16,743 nucleotides of DNA from Thermotogota bacterium (lineage in GTDB: Bacteria > Thermotogota > Thermotogae > Petrotogales > Petrotogaceae): contig JBNJGY010000045.1 of NCBI GenBank assembly GCA_051748045.1, forward strand, positions 1-16,743. The letters are read 5' to 3'. A program made the position numbers and the translations under genes. A model generated the notes under the pieces. That model searched no databases and was not told where the DNA came from. It saw nothing but the letters and a program-made list of their open reading frames with translations. Below, piece after piece: positions 9,092 to 15,358 of this stretch. The number at the start of each line of letters is the position of its first letter. The stretch's first letter is position 1.

Positions 9092-9832
9092 TTATAATAC
9101 TGTACCACCATTTACACTTAAAACATGCCCTGTTATATAAGATGCTTCTTCTGAAGCTAAGAAAAATACAGCATCTGCAATTTCTGATGATTCACCCATT
9201 CTGCCTAAAGTAACTTTTTTTGCTATCGCGTCTAATACTTTTTCAGGCATTTTTTCTGTCATAGGAGTTTTTATAAATCCTGGAGCAACTGCATTCACTC
9301 TTATATTTGCACCTTTTCTTGCAAATTCTTTAGCCCATGAATATGTCATTGAAATAACTCCACCTTTAGTTGCAGCATAGTTAGTTTGTCCGATATTTCC
9401 TTTTTCTCCAACTATAGAAGAGATATTCACTACATTACCTTCACCATTTTCTAACATCGTTGGAACTATCGCTTGTGTCATATTGAAAACACCCTTTAAG
9501 TTAACGTTTAATACGAAATCCCAATCTTCTTCTGACATTTTTTGAATTAAAGCGTCTCTTGTTACTCCTGCATTATTAACTAATATATCTATTTTTCCAT
9601 ATTCATTTTTTACATTATCTACAAATTCTTTTATAGCATCTCTATTAGTAACATCTAAAACATAGCCTTTTACATTAGAAAATTCTTTTTCGACTTCTTT
9701 TAAAGCTTCTTCATTCATATCAATAGCGAAAACCACTTTTGCTTCTTCTTTAGCCATTTTAGAAACTATTGATAAACCAATTCCTCTTGCTCCACCTGTA
9801 ACGACACATACTTTGTCTTTCATTCTATTCAT
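9092..9832 (-). CDS. Classical SDR, FabG/PhaB-like 3-oxoacyl (acetoacetyl)-CoA/ACP reductase or 3-hydroxyacyl-CoA dehydrogenase
   Basis: TGGARGIG, NNAGVTRD, NISS, GNIGQTNYAATK (YxxxK), VNAVAPGFIKT. Confidence 0.9.
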   Translation of the reverse strand: MNRMKDKVCVVTGGARGIGLSIVSKMAKEEAKVVFAIDMNEEALKEVEKEFSNVKGYVLDVTNRDAIKEFVDNVKNEYGKIDILVNNAGVTRDALIQKMSEEDWDFVLNVNLKGVFNMTQAIVPTMLENGEGNVVNISSIVGEKGNIGQTNYAATKGGVISMTYSWAKEFARKGANIRVNAVAPGFIKTPMTEKMPEKVLDAIAKKVTLGRMGESSEIADAVFFLASEEASYITGHVLSVNGGTVL

Positions 9833-9865
9833 GATGATACCTCCTAATGTATTTTGAAATTTTTA

Positions 9866-10879
9866 TTAACCTTTATATTCTCCCCAATGAACATGAGCTG
9901 CGGCCCAAACAAACCCTATTCCAGCTCCAACCATTATTACATCGTCTCCATCGTGAAGTCTTCCTTCTTCAAGCGCTATTTTCATTGATAAAACTTGATC
10001 ATTTTGTCCTATGTGCCCATATTTTTGAAGATATGTAGTTTGATCTTCTTCTAAACCAAATTCTTCAATAACAGCATCATGAGATGATTTCTTGAAATGT
10101 AAAATAGCTAAATAATCAATATCTTTATCTGTTTTATCAGATTCTGCTAATGCTTCTCTGATAACTGCATAGAAATTAGGCATAGTTCTTTCACCAAGTT
10201 TTTGTTTAAATGAATCAACATCATCTATAACAAAATGCATTTTATCTGCATCTTCTGGTTTCATAGGCCAATTTTTTGTTCCACCAACAGGTACAACACA
10301 ATCTTCAGAAAAATCACCGTCTCCTTTGAATGCAGTTCCTAAAATAACATTTTTATTAAAGTCTTTCCTAAGCAACATAGCAGCTCCACCAGCTCCTATA
10401 TCGAACATAAAAGATGTTTCAGCTACTTTATAATCTATTAAATCTCCGTTTCTATAACCACTTACTAGTAAAGCGGTTTTATATTTTTTATTTCCCAATA
10501 ATAATGATTTTGCTGTTTCCATTCCAGCCATCATAGAACCACACATTGCTTCCATATCAAAACCCCAAGCATTTTTAGCTCCTATTTCGTCAGCAACTTT
10601 CAAACTAGCTAACCAACATGGATAATCTTTGTGCTGGGCTCCATTCCAGATTACAATATCAATTTCTTCAGGATTAATTCCTGATTCCTCAATAGCTTCC
10701 TTAGCAGCTTGAATTCCCATATAACTTGTTGTATCTTTTTTTCCTGGAATAGGTTTTTTACTAACTCCAAATTTTTCTCTAATAACCCATTCTGGTATAC
10801 CTGATTTTTCTGCTATTTCATCAGATGTAATATAATTATCCGGAATGTATATTCCCATTCCCATTATTCCAACGTTCAC
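9866..10879 (-). CDS. FabH/KAS III-like (thiolase-fold) enzyme with a non-canonical active site
   Basis: GMGIYIP N-terminus, catalytic AMCGS, GAGGAA, LAILH, YGHIGQNDQ where FabH has YGNT, and C-terminal VGAGIGFVW. GTG start with GAGGTGA RBS. Confidence 0.88.
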   Translation of the reverse strand: MNVGIMGMGIYIPDNYITSDEIAEKSGIPEWVIREKFGVSKKPIPGKKDTTSYMGIQAAKEAIEESGINPEEIDIVIWNGAQHKDYPCWLASLKVADEIGAKNAWGFDMEAMCGSMMAGMETAKSLLLGNKKYKTALLVSGYRNGDLIDYKVAETSFMFDIGAGGAAMLLRKDFNKNVILGTAFKGDGDFSEDCVVPVGGTKNWPMKPEDADKMHFVIDDVDSFKQKLGERTMPNFYAVIREALAESDKTDKDIDYLAILHFKKSSHDAVIEEFGLEEDQTTYLQKYGHIGQNDQVLSMKIALEEGRLHDGDDVIMVGAGIGFVWAAAHVHWGEYKG

Positions 10880-10925
10880 TTTAAAATCACCTCTTTATTA
10901 ATCTAATAAAAACCATATATTATAT

Positions 10926-10943
10926 AATGAATCACTTCTCATT
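10926..10943. promoter_or_regulatory. Candidate TetR operator O1 (AATGA-N8-TCATT)
   Basis: AATGAATCACTTCTCATT is an imperfect palindrome overlapping the -10 box and the predicted transcription start. Confidence 0.6.
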
Positions 10944-10969
10944 TTAATATATTTTAATCTTTTTTTCAA
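10941..10969 (-). promoter_or_regulatory. Predicted sigma70-type promoter of the 10-gene operon
   Basis: Minus strand reads TTGAAA (10969-10964), 17 nt, TAAAAT (10946-10941), about 60 nt upstream of the GTG start. Confidence 0.7.
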
Positions 10970-11051
10970 GAGTGATTTTTTAGGGTTTAGAGATAAACAA
11001 CATTAATTATTATTAAATATATTAATAATATTTAAATTTGTGCATTTTTGA

Positions 11052-11069
11052 AATGATTCGCCTCTCACT
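11052..11069. promoter_or_regulatory. Candidate TetR operator O2 (AATGA-N8-TCACT)
   Basis: AATGATTCGCCTCTCACT is 14/18 identical to O1 and lies 126 bp from it. Confidence 0.5.
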
Positions 11070-11081
11070 AATGTTCTCATT

Positions 11082-11114
11082 AAAAAAGACGGTTTTTTAA
11101 AAACCGTCTTTTTT
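11082..11114 (-). terminator. Intrinsic terminator overlapping the end of the PfkB-like gene
   Basis: AAAAAAGACGGTTTTT (11082-11097) / AAAAACCGTCTTTTTT (11099-11114) inverted repeat spanning the TAA at 11097-11099, with a U6 tail on the minus strand. Confidence 0.8.
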
Positions 11115-11855
11115 TTCTAATGTTTTAATCTTATTATACGCGCCTTTAATTTCATTTGTCATCTCAATCTTTTCAATAATTTTATATAAATTATTATTAC
11201 TGATTCTATTCTTTAAATAATAATCTATAAAAATTACATCTAAAAGATCGCCAGTACCAAATTTATACTTAAATTTTTTCCCGTTTGAAGGATAGAATTC
11301 ATCTTTATAATAAAAACCTTCTATATCCATTTTTCCAAGAGCAATGAGATCTGTTGATATTTCACTATCTTTATTAGATATTAGAATATGATTATCTTTT
11401 TTAAAATAATTTTTCAGAATAAAATGCCTAGGCCCACTGTCAATAAAAATCAACTTATAATCTAAATTGATAATTTTATCGAAATCATTTTTATTAATTT
11501 CCGTATTTACAAAAGCATATTCAGCTTTTTTTTGTGGGAATTTAATATCTTTTTCATTATTATTTCTCTGAATTGCAAAAGGCTTTTCATTTTGGCTAAT
11601 AAAAATATCTGATTTTTCATTTCTAATATTTAGTAAATCTATATTTATACCTTTATCTTTTAATATTTTTAAAGTCGTATTGGCATTTTCATCATTACCA
11701 ATATTTCCAATAAATCTAACTTTATTTTTCAATATGGATAGTCCTAGAGCAATATTAAAACCAGATCCACCAGGAAATATATCAATTTGTTTTTTATGAG
11801 GTGTATCACCATTTATATAAATATCTGTAAATACACCCCCATAAACGTCAATCAT
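11097..11855 (-). CDS. Divergent PfkB/ribokinase-family carbohydrate kinase
   Basis: PGGSGFNIALGLSILKNKVRFIGNIGND matches PfkB signature 1. GTGD matches the anion-hole/catalytic Asp motif. Short (252 aa) and degenerate in the middle. Confidence 0.72.
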   Translation of the reverse strand: MIDVYGGVFTDIYINGDTPHKKQIDIFPGGSGFNIALGLSILKNKVRFIGNIGNDENANTTLKILKDKGINIDLLNIRNEKSDIFISQNEKPFAIQRNNNEKDIKFPQKKAEYAFVNTEINKNDFDKIINLDYKLIFIDSGPRHFILKNYFKKDNHILISNKDSEISTDLIALGKMDIEGFYYKDEFYPSNGKKFKYKFGTGDLLDVIFIDYYLKNRISNNNLYKIIEKIEMTNEIKGAYNKIKTLEKKDGF

Positions 11856-11856
11856 T

Positions 11857-12963
11857 TTAAATTTTTATTAAATTATAATCAGTTGTTCCCATTCCCATTT
11901 CTTCACCATAACTTATTTGCACATAACCTTGAGAATTTTCTCTCATGCCAACGAACTTATCCTTTCCAGGTTCAAAGTTATTTTTTAGATGAGATCCTTC
12001 AAAACCATGTTGATTATTTACTAGATCATAGCAAGCTTTATCCAAAGCTATTGGATCTTTTGAAGCTAAAATACCAATATCTGGAACTATTGGTGCATCA
12101 GACCAAGGAGCACAATCACAGTCCGGAGTTACTTTCATAACAAAATTAATATAGCCAACTTTATCTTTTTTATTTTTTACAGCACCATATGCGTATTCTG
12201 TCATTCTTTCCATAAAGTCTTTTATTTCTGTTTTCCAATTAACCCCTATAGCATCTACAGGACAAACTTGCATACATTCTCCACAACCTATACATTTACT
12301 AACGTCTATTTGTGCTTTTCCTTCAATCATAGTAATTGCATTTTCAGGGCAGTTATTTACACATGTTTGGCATCCTATACAAGAATCTTTATCAACTTTT
12401 GGCCTCATAGAATGTTGTTGCATTTTTCCTACCCTTGGAGCACAACCCATGGCAATATTCTTTAACGCTCCACCAAATCCAGCAAGCTCATGACCTTTAA
12501 AATGAGACATAACAATCATGCTATCTGCATTTTCTATATCTCTTGCTATTTTAACTGTTTTAAAATTTTTTTGATTAATCTCAACATCAGATATATTTTT
12601 ACTCAACATTCCATCTGCAATAATAACAGGAGCACCAATAACTGAGTATACAAAACCGTGTTCAGTAGCAGTTACCAAATGATCAACAGAATTTTTTCTC
12701 TCACCTTTATATAAGGTATTTGTATCAGTTGCAAAAGGTTTACCTTTCGCTTCTTTTACCTTATCTACAACTGGTCTTACAAATACAGGACTTATAAATC
12801 CGTCATTACCTCTTTCGCCAAAATGAATTTTTATTGCAGTTAAATCATTTTCACTTATCAAATCTGCAAATCCTGCTCTTTCAAATAATCTTTTAATTTT
12901 ATTTACTTTATTATCTTGCGGTTTTCTAGCTCTTAAATCTGCAAAATAAACTTCTGCTGCCAT
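11857..12963 (-). CDS. DUF362-domain Fe-S protein with an inserted 2x[4Fe-4S] ferredoxin domain
   Basis: AIKIHFGE, TDTNTLY, SHFKGH..GFGGALKN.AMGCA, two CxxCxxCxxxCP motifs (CIGCQTCVNNCP, CIGCGECMQVCP), PDCDC, DIGILASKDPIALD. Confidence 0.88.
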   Translation of the reverse strand: MAAEVYFADLRARKPQDNKVNKIKRLFERAGFADLISENDLTAIKIHFGERGNDGFISPVFVRPVVDKVKEAKGKPFATDTNTLYKGERKNSVDHLVTATEHGFVYSVIGAPVIIADGMLSKNISDVEINQKNFKTVKIARDIENADSMIVMSHFKGHELAGFGGALKNIAMGCAPRVGKMQQHSMRPKVDKDSCIGCQTCVNNCPENAITMIEGKAQIDVSKCIGCGECMQVCPVDAIGVNWKTEIKDFMERMTEYAYGAVKNKKDKVGYINFVMKVTPDCDCAPWSDAPIVPDIGILASKDPIALDKACYDLVNNQHGFEGSHLKNNFEPGKDKFVGMRENSQGYVQISYGEEMGMGTTDYNLIKI

Positions 12964-13044
12964 AATAACACCTCCGGAAAATTTTAAATCAACCCTATAT
13001 ATATTATAATATAATTAATAAATAAATTATAGGGAGGAAGAAAA

Positions 13045-13794
13045 ATGAATTTATATGATGATTTTTCTAAAATTTATAATAATAAGTATTTAGAATACAG
13101 TAAAAAAATGTCAGAAATTTTCCCGTTATTAATAAAAAACTACACTGATAAAACTGATAATATTTTAGATCTAGCTTGTGGAGAAGGTACTTTTTGTAGA
13201 GAGTTAACAAAAAAGGGTTTTCAAGTTGAAGGGGTAGATCTGTCAGAGCAACAAATAGAAAATGCCAAAAAAAAGTCGAAAAAAGAGGATTTAAATATTA
13301 ATTTCTATAATGAAAATATAATTGATTTTAAAATTGATAAAAAATATGATGTTATAACAAGTTGGTTTGACTCACTAAATTATATCATTCATAAAAATGA
13401 TATCAAAAAAGTATTCATAAATACTTTTAACATGTTGAATGATAATGGAGTTTTTATGTTTGATATGAACACTATACATGGTTTGATAACTTTATGGAAT
13501 GACCTTCCTTATTATATTTTTGAAGATACAGATGACTTATTCGAAGTTCACAAATCTGATTATGATTACGAAAATAATTTAGCATACATGAAAATTATCT
13601 TTTTCTTGAGACGAGATAATAATAAATGGGAAAAATTCGAAGAAGAACACATTGAAAAAGGTTATAAAAAAACAGAAATCAACGAGTTGTTGACTTCTGT
13701 TGGTTTTAATGAAATTTATTTTTATGGAAATTTAAACCCTTTATTACCTGATTCAGAAGAGTCTAATAGAATGTATGTTGTTGCAATAAAATAA
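13045..13794 (+). CDS. Class I SAM-dependent methyltransferase
   Basis: Motif I ILDLACGEG, GVDLS, YDVITSWFDSLNY, L..NGVFMFD, EEEHIEKGY. RBS AGGGAGG. Confidence 0.92.
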   Translation: MNLYDDFSKIYNNKYLEYSKKMSEIFPLLIKNYTDKTDNILDLACGEGTFCRELTKKGFQVEGVDLSEQQIENAKKKSKKEDLNINFYNENIIDFKIDKKYDVITSWFDSLNYIIHKNDIKKVFINTFNMLNDNGVFMFDMNTIHGLITLWNDLPYYIFEDTDDLFEVHKSDYDYENNLAYMKIIFFLRRDNNKWEKFEEEHIEKGYKKTEINELLTSVGFNEIYFYGNLNPLLPDSEESNRMYVVAIK

Positions 13795-13796
13795 AT

Positions 13797-15074
13797 CTAT
13801 TTTTTATCTCTACCTTCAAGAATTTCTATAATCAGATTATCTATTTTGTCCATACCTTTTAAATTTATTTTTGAAATATTTTTAATACTATCGCTACAAC
13901 AATCCCCTAAGAATCCTTGGTTTTTTTCAACATATATATTATTCATAGCCATAACAGCTGACATATAAGCTTCATGAGTTGCTATTCCAACTCTAAAAGC
14001 ACAACTTTCTTTTGCTCCATCGCACAAAACACCGGTAGTGTTGGAAATCATTGTATCTATAGCATTAATAGTACTTTTTTCATCAAGATCTTCTAAAAAA
14101 CAAATTCCTGCAGTAGCCCCAGCTCCAGCAGAATAGAACGCTCCACAAATAGGAGCTAGTTTACCAACCAAAAATTTTATATAACCAGAAAGCATATGAC
14201 TTATTGCTAAACCTTCAGCGATTTTTCTTTTATCTTTATTATGGTACATACCGTATAAGTATACAGGTATTGTAGTAGCTATGCCTTGATTTCCTGATCC
14301 ACCAGAGCTCATAATATCTACTAATTCTCCATTCATCCTTGTGTATGAAGCAGCAGTGGAATATTTTCTAATTTTTTCATTCAAAATTTTTTCAGAAAAT
14401 ATTCTATTCAAACCATTTCCAGTTTTTTTTACACCTTCACTTTTTAATTCTAAAGTGAATTTTGCTGCATTAATATTAGTTTTAGCCCCCAAAAATAACT
14501 CTTCAATATCTTCATCATCTATTTTTTTAGCTGCCTCATGAATATCATTTAAGTCAATATTTTCTAAATTGTATTTCTTGAAAAAATCAACATTGTTGTT
14601 TTTATTCCCATCATTCTTAAAAATAGTAGTTTTATTTTTTCTTATTAACATTATGTTTGAATGGCCACCATCTATTATTACTTGTATATCATTTTCTAAA
14701 CTATCAGTTATTAAAGTATTTACATAAACACCATTTCTATTATTGGGTTTTATTGAGATGATCTCATTTTTTACCATTTCTCTGGCTAATTTTTGATGCT
14801 CTGGTTTTGTATGGTGTAAAATTTGTAAATCTTCTTTTACACTCTTTATAATTGTACCTAAAGCTGCAGCGATTTTGTTACCTCTTTCTCCATTTGCACC
14901 CGGTATTTTAACATACTTCCCATTTTTATAAATACTTTTGCTAACTTCTATTTCAATTTTCTTTATTTTTTTTTCAATATACTTATTTGCTATAAAAGTA
15001 GATAAAGCAACAGCTGCTGGCTCTGTACATCCAGTTGATAGCTTTACTTCTTCTCTAATGTACTCTTTAATCAA
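13797..15074 (-). CDS. L-cysteine desulfidase CyuA/YhaM-like (serine dehydratase alpha-like Fe-S lyase)
   Basis: STGCTEPAAVAL, IYKNG..VKIPG, RMNG..IMSSGGSGNQGI, GKLAPICG, GVLCDGAKESCA. TTG start with GGAGGGA RBS. Confidence 0.82.
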   Translation of the reverse strand: MIKEYIREEVKLSTGCTEPAAVALSTFIANKYIEKKIKKIEIEVSKSIYKNGKYVKIPGANGERGNKIAAALGTIIKSVKEDLQILHHTKPEHQKLAREMVKNEIISIKPNNRNGVYVNTLITDSLENDIQVIIDGGHSNIMLIRKNKTTIFKNDGNKNNNVDFFKKYNLENIDLNDIHEAAKKIDDEDIEELFLGAKTNINAAKFTLELKSEGVKKTGNGLNRIFSEKILNEKIRKYSTAASYTRMNGELVDIMSSGGSGNQGIATTIPVYLYGMYHNKDKRKIAEGLAISHMLSGYIKFLVGKLAPICGAFYSAGAGATAGICFLEDLDEKSTINAIDTMISNTTGVLCDGAKESCAFRVGIATHEAYMSAVMAMNNIYVEKNQGFLGDCCSDSIKNISKINLKGMDKIDNLIIEILEGRDKK

Positions 15075-15111
15075 AATTATCCCTCCAAAATATTATTAAG
15101 TGTCATTAATA

Positions 15112-15140
15112 AGTTTATATCAACTCTTTCTTTTTTTCAA
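15112..15140 (-). promoter_or_regulatory. Predicted promoter of the desulfidase-like gene
   Basis: Minus strand TTGAAA (15140-15135), 17 nt, TAAACT (15117-15112). An overlapping TG-n-TATAAA extended -10 is also possible. Confidence 0.5.
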
Positions 15141-15284
15141 TTCTTTATAATGAAATATATTTCATGCTAGACTCAATATTTAGCCCTAACAAGCTGTCAT
15201 TATATATGACTATATTTATTACTTAAGTGTATATTAATTTAAATAATATTTTGCTATATTATGTTGAATTAACTAAATTTTAAC

Positions 15285-15322
15285 TTGACTTATGTTTTAT
15301 AGTGTATTAATATATTAATACA
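15285..15322 (+). promoter_or_regulatory. Predicted promoter of the NlpC/P60 gene overlapped by a perfect 20-bp palindrome
   Basis: TTGACT (15285-15290), 17 nt, TAATAT (15308-15313). Palindrome TGTATTAATATATTAATACA at 15303-15322. Confidence 0.45.
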
Positions 15323-15358
15323 GTAATATTCGTGATGGTGTAAATGGGGGTGTTTAAG

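Noticed and set aside
6534-9832. Classical phaCAB polyhydroxybutyrate synthesis locus or butyrate fermentation locus
   Set aside because: No PhaC/PhaE or phasin, and no crotonase, Bcd or Etf in the window.
9847-10038. 63-aa plus-strand ORF
   Set aside because: Antisense to the KAS III-like gene.
9092-10879. Reading fabH-like + fabG-like as housekeeping fatty acid synthesis
   Set aside because: No acpP, fabD, fabZ, fabF or plsX nearby. The KAS III lacks the catalytic Asn and the SDR looks NAD-type, so gene symbols were not assigned.
10883-10979. AAAATCAC(C)TCT inverted copies (10883-10894 and 10969-10979) as an RBS-sequestering riboswitch or attenuator
   Set aside because: The anti-RBS copy lies upstream of the predicted -35, so it would not be in the transcript. 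No riboswitch consensus was recognised.
11008-11030. Inverted repeat TATTATTAA-N5-TTAATAATA
   Set aside because: Pure A/T in a very AT-rich spacer, so likely by chance.
11787-12465. Plus-strand ORFs 11787..12140 and 12268..12465
   Set aside because: Antisense to the DUF362 and PfkB genes, with no family features.
14341-14541. 66-aa plus-strand ORF
   Set aside because: Antisense to the desulfidase-like gene.
15196-15210. Short inverted repeat GTCAT-N5-ATGAC, and similar GACA-N3-TGTC at 16687-16697
   Set aside because: Arms of 4-5 bp are too short to support an operator call without comparative data.
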